Shown: positions 13,251 to 27,027 of the stretch, piece after piece | Layout of the letters: every line of letters begins with the position of its first letter | How positions within the stretch are numbered: the first letter of the stretch is position 1 | NCBI RefSeq assembly: GCF_039654945.1 | Contig: NW_027361767.1 | Location: forward strand, 10,168,001-10,232,000 | Length of the DNA stretch: 64,000 bases | Origin: Dendrobates tinctorius | Taxonomy: Eukaryota | Reading direction: 5' to 3' | The notes under the pieces: generated by a model | Databases searched by the model: none | Seen by the model: the letters and a program-made list of their open reading frames with translations, nothing else | What the model was told of the DNA's origin: nothing | Position numbers and translations under genes: made by a program

Positions 13251-14276
13251 ATGGACTCCGCCTGTACCGCGGCTGCTACGCAGAAGGGACTGCTTTTCTT
13301 ACGAGAAAATCAGACCCGGATTATGTCCTTTATGAAATCCATGGACACCCGGCTTTCCACCCTGCAAACCACTGACCCAGGGCACGCTCCTCTCTTAGTC
13401 AGCCTCCAGCAGGAGCTCGCACAGCAGCGCGACGCTCAATCTCACATCTTGAGTTATATGGCATCCGTAGATGATCGACTGCATGCTTTGCAGTCCTCTG
13501 CGGCCGCTTCAACCCAACCCCGGGACGCAGTTTCGTCTCCACCTCCTCGTCTGGGAAAGCCTCCCAGGTATTGTGGGGATCCCAAGTTATGTCGGGGTTT
13601 TTTAAGCCAGTGCAGACTGCACTTTGAGCTCCTGCCCCAGCAGTACCCCACAGATCACGCCAAGGTGGCCTTTATAGTGTCCCACCTCGAGGGAGAGGCT
13701 TTAGCCTGGGTAAATCCTTTGTGGGAGCAGGATGATCCCGTAGTTTCCAGTATCCAGAGTTTTCTGGAGATGTTCCGTAAGGTTTTTGAGGAACCCGGAC
13801 GCCTAGCTTCTACTACGGAGGCCCTTTTTAACCTCTGTCAGGGTTCCCTTACTGAAGGACAGTACGCCATCCGCTTTCGGACATTGTCTTCGGAGCTGGG
13901 ATGGAATAACGAGGCATTAGTGGGCGCCTTTTGGAGAGGACTCTCTAGCAAAATCAAGGACGAGCTGGCCGGGCGAGACACCCCCACCACCCTGGAGGAC
14001 CTCATATCCCTGGCTACTCGTATAGATCTTCGCTTTCAAGAACGCGCTCGAGAGTCTGCTAGGGAGAGAAAGCCCTTTAGGCTGTATCAAGCTCCCATTC
14101 CCCGGTCCTCTGCACCCTCTGCTAGCGCCACTCCCGAGCCCATGCAGATAGATTGTATCAGGTTATCCGAGCAGCTGCGCAGGGAGAGGATGACGAATGG
14201 TCTCTGTCTGTACTGCGGTGGAGCCAACCACTTTGTGCGTACCTGTCCTGAGAAACCGGGAAACGCCTCCACCTAG
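13251..14276 (+). CDS. gag: Element B Gag (capsid + CCHC zinc knuckle), intact 341 aa
   Basis: PPRYCGDPKLCRGFLSQC capsid motif, QG..T..QYA..FRTL, CLYCGGANHFVRTC. Confidence 0.93.
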   Translation: MDSACTAAATQKGLLFLRENQTRIMSFMKSMDTRLSTLQTTDPGHAPLLVSLQQELAQQRDAQSHILSYMASVDDRLHALQSSAAASTQPRDAVSSPPPRLGKPPRYCGDPKLCRGFLSQCRLHFELLPQQYPTDHAKVAFIVSHLEGEALAWVNPLWEQDDPVVSSIQSFLEMFRKVFEEPGRLASTTEALFNLCQGSLTEGQYAIRFRTLSSELGWNNEALVGAFWRGLSSKIKDELAGRDTPTTLEDLISLATRIDLRFQERARESARERKPFRLYQAPIPRSSAPSASATPEPMQIDCIRLSEQLRRERMTNGLCLYCGGANHFVRTCPEKPGNAST

Positions 14277-14319
14277 GTCAGGTAAGAGAGGCCTCCCTAG
14301 GTGTTCATAATTCCTCTCT
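14258..14319 (+). promoter_or_regulatory. -1 ribosomal frameshift signal (G GGA AAC + H-type pseudoknot)
   Basis: Heptamer 14258-14264 in gag frame; -1 frame open into protease; stems 14270-14277/14296-14303 and 14285-14291/14313-14319. Confidence 0.85.
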
Positions 14320-17300
14320 GCCCCTTACCCTTTCAGCTTTGATTATTGCAGGTCGGGAGCATGGATCTGTGGAGGCTTATGTGGACTCGGGTGCGGCTGG
14401 TAATTTCATTCGCCAAGAAGAGGTTGATAAACTCCAGATTCCAGTGGTCATCCTAAAAAACCTGCGTGCTATCTCCTGTGTCGATGGTAAACCACTGCCT
14501 GAGCTCATCACCATGGTGACTGCCGAAGTGGACCTACAAATTGGAGCACTTCATCTCGAGAAGATCGCTTTTTACGTCCTGCCTCGTTTATCCCATGCTG
14601 TTCTCCTTGGATTACCCTGGCTCAGGCTGCACGAGCCGGTTGTTGACTGGCGCTCTGGGGAGATTCTGCGCTGGGGTGACTCCTGCCATAAACGCTGTCT
14701 GCGGGCCATCGTCCATCCTCATTCCTTGCCTGGGCCAGTCGGTCTCCCGGGCCTTCCTGTACCGTATCATGCGTACACCGATGTTTTCAGCAAAAAAGAA
14801 GCGGATTCCCTACCACCGCATCGGGCCTATGACTGCTCTATCGACCTGATTCCCGGAGCTACCCCTCCCAGAGGGAGAACGTATCCACTATCTCCTACAG
14901 AGACCACGGCTATGACAGAATATATACAGGAGAACTTGGCCAAGGGTTTCATCCGGAAATCCTCCTCCCCTGCTGGTGGGGGTTTTTTCTTTGTTCGGAG
15001 GAAAGACGGATCACTTTGTCCATGTATTGACTACCGGGGCCTGAACAACATCACCGTTAAGAATCGGTATCCACTTCCGCTTATCCCTGAACTCTTTGAC
15101 TGGCTGAGAGGAGCTCGGATCTTCACGAAGTTGGTGCCTACAATTTAATCCGGATCCGTGCAGGGGACGAGTGGAAAACGGCCTTCAATACTCGTGATGG
15201 TCATTATGAATATTTAGTCATGCCGTTTGGTCTTTGCAATGCTCCGGCTGTGTTTCAGGAATTTGTTAACGAGGTGTTTTGGGATCTACTGTATTCCTGC
15301 ATGGTGGTGTATTTAGATGATATTCTCATCTTCTCGCCCGATCTATTCTCTCATCGGAGAAGTGTACGCATGGTCCTGCATCGGCTTCGGGAGAATCATC
15401 TCTACGCAAAAATTGAAAAGTGTCTCTTTGAGCAAACTTCGTTACCCTTCTTGGGGTATATCATCACCGATTCTGGTTTGAAGATAGACCCAGAGAAGCT
15501 GTCTGCGGTACTCAAGTGGCCTCGTCCAGTTGGTATAAAAGCCATCCAGCACTTCCTCAGATTTGCTAACTACTACCGACAGTTTGTTCCTCACTTTTCC
15601 ACAGTGACCAAGCCCATCATGGTCCTGACCCGCAAAGGAACTAAGCCTAACAGCTGGTCTCCCGAGGCCGAGGACGCCTTCCTTGCCCTGAAACGCTCCT
15701 TTGCATCAGCACCGATCTTCCATCGCCCGGTGGCCAGTAGGCCCTTTATCCTAGAGGTGGATGCCTCCTCCACTGGAGCTGGGGAGGTCCTTTCCCAGCA
15801 GGCACCATCTGGGCGCCTGGTTACCTGCGGGGTTTTTTCTAAATCCTTCTCACCTGCTGAGTGTAATTACTCCATTGGGGACCGGGATTTGCTGGCCATT
15901 AAGATGGCCCTGGAGGAGTGGCGGTATCTGCTTGAAGGGGCAGTGCACCCTTTTGCTATCTTCACGGACCACAAAAATCTGGCCTATCTACAGTCCGCTC
16001 AAAGACTCAATTCCAGGCAAGCCAGGTGGGCCCTATATTTCTCCCATTTTGATTTCAAGCTTCATTTCCGACCTGGGAATAAGAACATCAAAGCAGATGC
16101 ACTCTCCAGGTCTCTGCAGTCGCCTGAGGGAGATGAGGGTCCATCATATATCATCGAGCCTGCCAAAGTTATTCCCGTTGCTCCTCTAAGTTTCTCTACT
16201 CCTCCGCCAGGCAAAACCTTCGTTCCTCAGAACAAACACCCGGAGGTGCTGTGCTGGGGGCATTCCTCCAAGGATGCCGGACACGTTGGGACCAAGAAGA
16301 CCCTCCTGCTTCTCTCTCGTTACTATTGGTGGCCCTCCCTTCGCCGGGACGTGATGGACTTTGTAGCCTCTTGCACGATCTGTGCTCAGAACAAAGTACC
16401 GAGAAGCCTGCCTGCTGGTCTTCTTCACCCGTTACCTGCTCCGGAGGCCCCTTGGCGGCAAATCGCAATGGATTTTGTGACAGATCTGCCTCGCTCAGCT
16501 GGATGCACTACCATCCTAGTCGTTGCAGATCGCTTCTCCAAGATGGCCCATTTCATACCCTTGCCCGGGTTGCCGTCTGCTCCGAGGTTGGCCGAGATCT
16601 TCATCCACCAGGTCTTCAGGCTGCATGGCCTTCCTCAACGGATTGTTTCTGATCATGGAGTCCAGTTTACTTCTCGTTTCTGGAGGGCTCTCTGTTGGCT
16701 TATGGGCACATCTCTCAATTTCTCCTCCGCTTATCATCCACAGACCAACGGTCAAGTGGAACGGATTAATCAAGTTTTGACAACCTACTTACGTCTCTTT
16801 TCCAATGCCCATCAGGACAATTGGGTCTCACTCCTACCTTGGGCTGAATTTGCCCATAATAATCATCCCAGTGAATCAACCGCCAAGTCGCCATTTTTTG
16901 TGGTCTCAGGTCAGAACCCTGGTGTGCCGCTGCCTTTTTCCACGTCGTCGGGAGTCCCCGCAGCAGATGCTCTCGCCATGAAATTTTCACAAGTCTGGAG
17001 GGAGACCAGGGAGGCCCTCGTGAATGCCAGTGCCAGGATTAAGAAACATGCGGATAAAAGACGGAAGGACCTTCCCCCATACCATCCTGGTGACAAAGTC
17101 TGGCTTTCAACCAAGCATATCCGCCTGAGGGTCCCTTCTTACAAGTTGAGTCCCCGATACATCGGGCCTTTCGAAGTACTTGGACGCATCAATGAGGTGG
17201 CGTATAAATTGAGGTTGCCGGTTTCACTCCGGGTCCCTAACTCCTTCCATGTCTCGCTCCTGAAACCTGTGGTTCTCAATCACTTTCAATCTGCTCCCAT

Positions 17301-17520
17301 CGCTTCTCCTTCGCCAATTGGGTCAGATGACGTTTTTGAGGTAAAGGACATTTTGGCCATGAAAAGAGTCAGGGGAAAGGCACTTTTTCTTATTGATTGG
17401 AAAGGATTTGGGCCCGAGGAGAGGTCGTGGGAGCCTCGAGAGAATGGTAATGCCCCTCTTATTCTGAAAAAATTTTTGGCCAATCTCAGAGGGGGGGACA
17501 TAAAGAGGGGGGTACTGTAA
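14258..17520 (+). pseudogene. pol: Element B Pol (PR-RT-RH-IN-chromodomain) broken by one ~10-nt deletion near 15135
   Basis: VDSGA, YLDD, DAS..GAG, HHCC, DFVTDLP/SDHG/ERIN, terminal chromodomain (FEVKDIL..WKGFGPEERSWEP); FTKL-[DLR]-GAYN is missing DLR and shifts frame. Confidence 0.93.
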
Positions 17521-18334
17521 CATCGGCGGCCGTGCCCGCTGATATTCCATCAGCGGCGGCACCCGCCGCAGCCCCGTCTCACCTGCGCTTCTCCTCCCGG
17601 GCTTCCTCCCGTCCTCCCTCCTCTTCTGCTGCGTTCCCGTGTGCCTCCCTTAGGCCGCGGGCATGCGCCCGACCGCTCTCTTCACACGGCGGGGGGCGCT
17701 GCTGAGGGGCAGGGCCGTGGTGATCCACTTCTGGGTTTAAAGGTATTTCAGGTGTTTTCCCTAAGGGGAAGACGCCTGGTAATCGTGTGGTTCCCCTGCA
17801 CTTTTCTGGCCGCTATAGTGCTTCTATAGTCCTCTAGCCTAGTCTTTTCCTGGTCCCTGTCTTCCTTGTCTCTGTGTCCATCCCTTGCCATCCCTCCTGC
17901 CTGCCTTCTCCTAGTTTAGCCCTTGCTACCTTCTGCCTAGCATCTGGTGTTATAGTCCCTTGCCTGTTCCTGGTGTTACTGGTTCCCCGTCTTCTGTCCG
18001 TCCGCTGATTCTCCTGCCTTTGGTCCTCCACTTCTGCCTTCCCTCGCCAACAGTGCCTATCTCCTGCTGCTCCTCTCGGTGTCCTCCCTCCTCTGGTACC
18101 CCCTGCTCAGGTTCCCTAGTCTCCGCCTTGCATCCCAGCCCGTCTGAATCCTTATTTGTCCTTGAGCCGTCCCTCTTGGTCCCGGCTATCGTGGGTCTGA
18201 CCCCTGCGGCCCTGCCCCTAACGATCCCTGTATAGGGGTCAGTTATCACCTGGCGTGCTCGGCCCAGGGGCTCCAGATCCGCGATCCAGAGGGTCCACTC
18301 TTGGACGTTGTCTACTCCTGAACGTTACACTATC

Positions 18335-20996
18335 ACCTGCCAGACCAGCTCATGAGTGCGGGCATTGATACTCCTCCGACACAGCTTTCCTTCATAAATG
18401 AACAGCGACCTCTTTCCTTCCACAAATGCTGGGTTTCTGCAGGAGCATCTGACTCTGGGCGTGAGTCAGCTTGTGACAGTAGCTCCTTCACCAGGCAGAC
18501 TGTGGGGTCACTATCCTGCGTTTCTGCCCAATTGTGATTTGGCAATGGATTTAGGGGGACCTCCTTCAAGCCAGACCGTCTGTTTCTCACTCCTTGAGCA
18601 CGTTGGGCTGCAATTGGCCGGTGGAAGGGAGGTAACTCTATTTCTTCAAGAGCCTCAGGGTCTTCTCCTGCATCTGGTAGATTAGGCATTCTGGACAGCG
18701 CATCAGCATTGGCATTCTTGTGCCCTGCCCGGTACTTGATGGTAAACTCATAGTTAGACAGCAGAGCCATCCATCGCTGCTCCAGTGCACCTAGTTTTGC
18801 AGTGTCCAAGTGAGTCAACGGGTTGTTGTCTGTGAAAATGGTAAACTTGGCTGAAGCTAGGTAATGCTTGAATCTTTCAGTAACAGCCCAGACTATGGCG
18901 AGGAACTCCAGCTTGAAGGAACTATAGTTGTCTGGGTTCCTTTCAGTGGGTCGAAGCTTCCTGCTGGCGTAGGAGATCACTCTTTCTTTGCCATTCTGTA
19001 CCTGTGACAGTACTGCTCCCAGTCCCACGTTGCTGGCATCAGTACAACACAAAGGGTTTGTCATAATCTGGGTAGGCCAGAACTTTCTCTCCTGTGAGAG
19101 CCATCTTCAGTTGGCTGAAGGACCTCTCCAACTCCTCAGTCCATTCAAATGTGGAATTCTTCTGTTTGGCTTTCTTGGACTGCCCCACCAGAAGATTTTG
19201 CATAGGAGTGGCTATTTCAGTGAAGCCTTTGATGAACCTTCAGTAGCAGCCTACTAACCCGAGGAATTGGTGTACTTCATGGAGGTTGCTGGGCTTCGGC
19301 CAGTCCCGGATGACTGTGACTTTGTCAGGATCTGGTGCCACACCTTCTGCACTCACTACATGACCGAGGTACTGTACCATGGGCTTCAGGAGGTGGCATT
19401 TGGAAGGCTTCACCTTCAGCTCAAAGTTGGACAAGGCTTCAAACACCTCAGCCAGGTGCTCCAGATGGTCTTCATAAGTCTTGGAGAAAACAATGACATC
19501 ATCAAGGTACAACAGGACTGTCTCAAAGTTCATGTGTCCCAGGCAGCACTCCATCAGCCGTTGAAATGTTCCTGGGGTGGTGCAGAGCCCAAATGGCATA
19601 TAATTGAACTCACAGAGACCCATTGGGGTGGTAAATGCTGTTTTCTCCTTGTCTGCCTCTGCCACGGGAACCTGCCAATACCCACTAGTGAGATCTAAGG
19701 TGGAAAAGTAGTTAGCAGTTTTAAGTGCAGATAATGACTCTTCAATTCTGGGTAATGGGTAGGCATCTTTATGTGTAATGCTGTTCATTTTTCTGTAATC
19801 AACACACATTCTCATGGTACCATCCTTTTTCTTTACAAAAACTATTGGGGCTGCCCAGGGGCTACAACTGTCTCTGATGACCCCTGCTTCCTTCATCTCT
19901 CTCAACATACCTTTGGCACATTGGTATTTTGTTGGGGGTATAGGCCGGGACCTTTCTTTAATGAGTGGATGATCTCCAGTGGGGATATGATGTTGAACCC
20001 CTTTTGCCTTCCCAAAATCTAGAGGGTGCTTACTGAATACCCGTTCATATTCCTGGATCACCCTGTAAACCCCATTTTTCTGGTATGAAGGTGTAGAGTC
20101 AGTCCCCACCTGCAGTTGCTGGCACCACTCCTCTTGCTGCTTGACAGAGCCATTGTTCTCCACCTGGTCGGATGAGACCAAGGGCTCTGCTGCCTGCATT
20201 GCATTGTTACTGACAGTGAGCAGCTTAGCAACTGTGGCATACCGAGGTATCGTGGCCTCCTCCTCCCCACAATTCAAAAGGCGTACAGGTACTCTCCCCT
20301 TCCGTACATCAACTACCCCTCTGGCTGTCAGGACAGTGGGCCTGCTATCAGAGTATACTGGCTCTACCAATGCCTGGTAATCTTTCCCTCTGAGGCCTAT
20401 GGCTGCCCGACACCAAATCAACATTTCACACCTGGGGGGTATTGCAATGGGGAAAGCATCACTCACTCTGACGCTGCCAATTTCTCCACCATAGAGTTCT
20501 ACCTGCTGTCTTTGCATCAGGGCCTTGATCTCCTTCTGCAGGACTCATTGTTCTCCGGAACCAGCAGTCTCAGCCACCTGTTGCAACAAGAAAATAACCT
20601 CGGAAAGACAATTTTTAATTACATTTGTACCAAGAGTCATCATGGGATTACATTCACGTCGATCAATATCCACAACTATCAGACGTTGAGATTTTAACTC
20701 CACTCTCCCCACTTTAACAGTAATTTCTTTACATCCCACTTGTGGTAAAGACTGACCATTACTGGCAACTACTGTCAGTTCATCAGTTGGGCCACGGGTG
20801 AGTTCAGAGTCAGCCCAATACCGCTTGTAGAGGATATAGGGCATAGTGGTCACCTGGGAGCCAGTGTCCAGCAAAGCGTTCATAGGGTTGCCGTCAATCA
20901 CCACAGGAAGGACCGGTCTCGCTCCAACATACTTGGCTCGCCAGTTCCTTGGGCCTTGTGGTCCTACTCCTGGGGGTTGGCCCTCTGCCCCAGGGG

Positions 20997-21009
<13 letters not shown>
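18335..21009 (-). pseudogene. Element A Pol (protease, RT, RNase H)
   Basis: LLDTGS, LDLTSGYWQ, MPFGL, YLDD, TDASNVGLGAVL, FTDNNPL; premature stops near 20545 and 19240 plus frameshifts. Confidence 0.93.
20951..21009 (-). promoter_or_regulatory. -1 frameshift signal of element A (T TTA AAC + pseudoknot)
   Basis: Minus-strand TTTAAAC at 21009-21003 in gag frame just before the stop; -1 frame open to LLDTGS; CCTGGGG/CCCCAGG and GGGCC/GGCCC stems. Confidence 0.8.
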
Positions 21010-23658
<2,649 letters not shown>

Positions 23659-23935
23659 TCTCCTTCCCCCCTAGTTAACGGTTGCCAGACCCCGGGATTG
23701 AGCGGCTTACCGGCTGTAGGCCTCAGCTCCTCCCCTTCTCACGCGCTGTCCTCTCTTCCCGCGCGTCACTTCACTTCTTCGCACTCTGCGGCAGGCTCTG
23801 CCCGCGAAGGCCTGCCCCTTTTCTTCCCGCGCGCGTCAATCAGCGGGATAATGGCGGCAATGGCGCCAATTTCGCACACAGTCTATAGCACACAACAGTC
23901 TCTGGCACACAGGACCCGGGGATACCAGGCTCCGT

Positions 23936-23954
23936 AATCCTGTTCGTGACGCCA
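23936..23954 (-). promoter_or_regulatory. Primer binding site of element A, probably tRNA-Ser(CGA)
   Basis: TGGCGTCACGAACAGGATT three nt after the 5' LTR; complementary to a tRNA 3' end ...AAUCCUGUUCGUGACGCCA; the isotype is from recollection of vertebrate tRNA-Ser(CGA). Confidence 0.8.
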
Positions 23955-23957
23955 AAA

Positions 23958-24978
23958 TAGGTTGCCCTCCCAGGGCTGTGGGGTACTCAGTACCGGGCCG
24001 GTCTCTCAGAGGGGATTGTCCTAGCAGCGGTGACCCGGTCCGTGGCCCTGGGCGCCCATGTAAAAGGGTTGAGTTGGACTAAAGTTTATAAGTGATTCGT
24101 GACGCCACCTGTGCTGTTCGGCAAGGGAGGTGTTAAGCCGACGCTGCAGACAGATCCTCTGGGACAGATGGTGTGGTGCAGCAATGATGGTGTAGCCCTC
24201 CACAGGTAGGGCTGTTGGTCCCAGAGCAATGTAGCGGAATGCTTATGAAGAGGGTGCAGTGTTTGACACAGAGATGTAGTAGTGCTGAGGATGTTGCAGG
24301 AAGGAGGCAAGGACACAACAGGTTGCAGTTTCTTTACCTTTACTTGGCAAATGCAGTCCAGGGTCCTGATTACAGATGGCACAGGAGCAGGCTAGCCTGG
24401 AAGCAACTCAGGGATCTCTCTATCAGATGGGTTGTGTAGTCTCCTTCCTAGCTCTGGCTTGAGGTACATGCAGTACAGTGTTACACTGAAGTTCCTCCTT
24501 CTTATCTTCTCTTAGAACTACCTCGTATGGCAGACAGCTGTAGCCCTCTATCTCTCTTGGCTCACCCGTCGCTGTTGTGCCTCCGAGTCTTAGTTGGGAA
24601 TAGAGCATTTACAGCTTCCTATTCCTCTGGTTTCTGTTGCAGGACCTTCAGTATCCGTACAGCCGTGGAGACCAGACTCCAGATCATGCGCTCTCACTGT
24701 GAGGGAGCTCTCTTTCCTCAGCTCGACCTGCAGCTTCTCTCCACACGTCTACACTCATTGCCCTCCTCACACTAACTAACTATTTCCCCTCCTGGCCTTC
24801 AGAGCGCGCTCCTCCCCCAATCCTGGTTCAGAGCTCCCTCTGCTGGCCCGGAGTGGGAACTGTGTTGCATGAAAATGATTAACTGCTAGAGAGACCCTTC
24901 ATTGCTTCCAAGCATGACATCACCCTCCCTGGAGGTAGGCAATGCCACTGTGGCAACCATACTCCTGGGGGCGCCACA
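23958..24978 (-). repeat. 5' LTR of element A
   Basis: Direct repeat of 8242-9259; adjacent to the PBS. Confidence 0.93.
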
Positions 24979-25356
24979 GCAGTATTATAGTAGCTATTGT
25001 ATACTTGAAAAAGTAATTTGAGTAGAAATAAGCCTGTGTGTCTCGTATATACATTTTCTACAATCATTTTTAAAGTTTTGCTCTCACAGTAACCACAAAG
25101 AATCAGAGCAGAACTACCCTACCTAACATAGGACTTTGGTCATGCTTGATACATCAAGCTGCCCAGCCATGAATATTACTAATGCAGCTCTCTCTGTTAT
25201 AATATGGGGAACCATTTCATTCCAAGCATTGGTGGAGACACCAAATCTTGGCCACCTGAGATACATCAAGGACTGGAAAGCTCCTGGGTAAAGCATACAT
25301 AGAAAAGCAGTTCAGAGAAAAATCAGTATCATAACAGTGCCATTTTATACTTGTAC

Positions 25357-26512
25357 AGTAGTTATATTCTTGTACATAGGTGGCAGTATTATAGGAGATG
25401 TATTCTTGTACAAAGGGGCAGTATTATAGTAGTTATATTCCTGTATATAGGGGCAGTATTATAGTAGTTATATTCCTGTACCTAGGAGCAGTATTATAGT
25501 AGCTATATTCCTGTACATAAGAGCAGTATTATAGTAGTTATATTCTTGTACATAGGGGGCAGTATTATAGCAGATATATTCTTGTACAAAGGGGCAGTAT
25601 TATAGCAGTGATATTCTTGTACATAGGAGCAGTATTATAGCAGTGATATTCTTGTACATAGGGAGCAGTATTATAGCAATTATAATCTTGTACATAGAAG
25701 CAGTATTATAGTAGTTATAGTTTTGTATATAGGAGCAGTATTGTAGTAGTTATATTTTTGTACATGGGGCAGTATTATAGTAGTTATATTCTTGTACATA
25801 CAAATCAGTATTATAGTGGTTATAGTCTTCTATATTGGAGTAGTATTATAGTAGTTATATTCATGCATATTGGGGCAGTATTATTGTAGTTAGATTCTTG
25901 CACATAGCAGCAGTTTTATAGTGGCTATATTCTTGTACATACTGTAAGTGGCAGTATTATCCTGTACCTAGGAGCAGTATTATAGTAGCTATATTCCTGT
26001 ACATAAGAGCAGTATTATAGTAGTTATATTCTTGTACATAGGGGGCAGTATTATAGCAGATATATTCTTGTACAAAGGGGCAGTATTATAGCAGTGATAT
26101 TCTTGTACATAGGAGCAGTATTATAGCAGTGATATTCTTGTACATAGGGAGCAGTATTATAGCAATTATAATCTTGTACATAGAAGCAGTATTATAGTAG
26201 TTATAGTTTTGTATATAGGAGCAGTATTGTAGTAGTTATATTTTTGTACATGGGGCAGTATTATAGTAGTTATATTCTTGTACATACAAATCAGTATTAT
26301 AGTGGTTATAGTCTTCTATATTGGAGTAGTATTATAGTAGTTATATTCATGCATATTGGGGCAGTATTATTGTAGTTAGATTCTTGCACATAGCAGCAGT
26401 TTTATAGTGGCTATATTCTTGTACATACTGTAAGTGGCAGTATTATAGTAGTTATATTCTTGTACATAGGGGGCAGTAATACAGTAGTTATATTCTTGTA
26501 CATAGGGGCAGT
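25357..26512 (+). repeat. 35-36 bp minisatellite, array 2 (contains a 486-bp higher-order duplication)
   Basis: Same unit as array 1, more diverged. Confidence 0.95.
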
Positions 26513-26513
26513 A

Positions 26514-26830
26514 ATGCCTCTACCTTGTGCCAGTCATTACACTGGTTACCCATCCACTCCAGAATCCAGTACAAACTTATTACCCTCACCCACAAAACAC
26601 TCCATGGCTCACACCACCCTACATCTCCTCCCTTGTCTCAGTCTACCACACTACCCGTGCCCTCCATTCTGCTGATAATCTGAGGTTAACATCCTCAATA
26701 ATTAGAGCCTCCCACTCCCCTCTCCAAGACTTTTCACATGCTGCGCCAATTCTTTGGAATGCACTACCCAGGTTAATACGATTAATCCCCAATCCCCAAA
26801 ATTTGTTCAGACTGACCTACTGCCTCAATG
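26514..26830 (+). pseudogene. Old L2 LINE 3' fragment
   Basis: Encodes [17 protein letters not shown] and LQDFSHAAPILWNALP, homologous to the C-terminus of the L2 ORF at 34071-37247. Confidence 0.8.
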
Positions 26831-26954
26831 CATTAACCTAAATATCCCTGTGTTACCCATTCAAAAATTTTTACCAGAAACAGGTTCCTCTCATCATGTC
26901 CTCACACGGTTTATTCATTTAATAGCCGTCTGTGTCTGTATTGTTACATACTTA

Positions 26955-27027
26955 GGCCGGTTTCACACGTCAGTGTCTCCGGTACCTGTGGTGACAGTTT
27001 TCTCACGTATTGGAGACCCTGACACAC
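26955..27027. mobile_element. Left part of a Harbinger-type MITE
   Basis: TTA-GGCCGGTTTCACAC start resembling the MITE at 48628; internal palindrome tcagtgtctccggtac/gtattggagaccctga. Confidence 0.5.

Larger units (their letters stand above)
12424..18329 (+). mobile_element. Full-length chromoviral Ty3/Gypsy element B (Sushi/PEG10-like)
   Basis: 814-bp LTRs TG...CA (12424-13237, 17516-18329); 5-bp TSD CTATC (12419-12423 / 18330-18334); PPT at 17502-17515; gag-pol with chromodomain. Confidence 0.97.

Noticed and set aside
13251-17520. Domesticated PEG10/RTL1 host gene
   Set aside because: Flanked by two LTRs and a TSD and nested in another retrotransposon, so it is a mobile copy.
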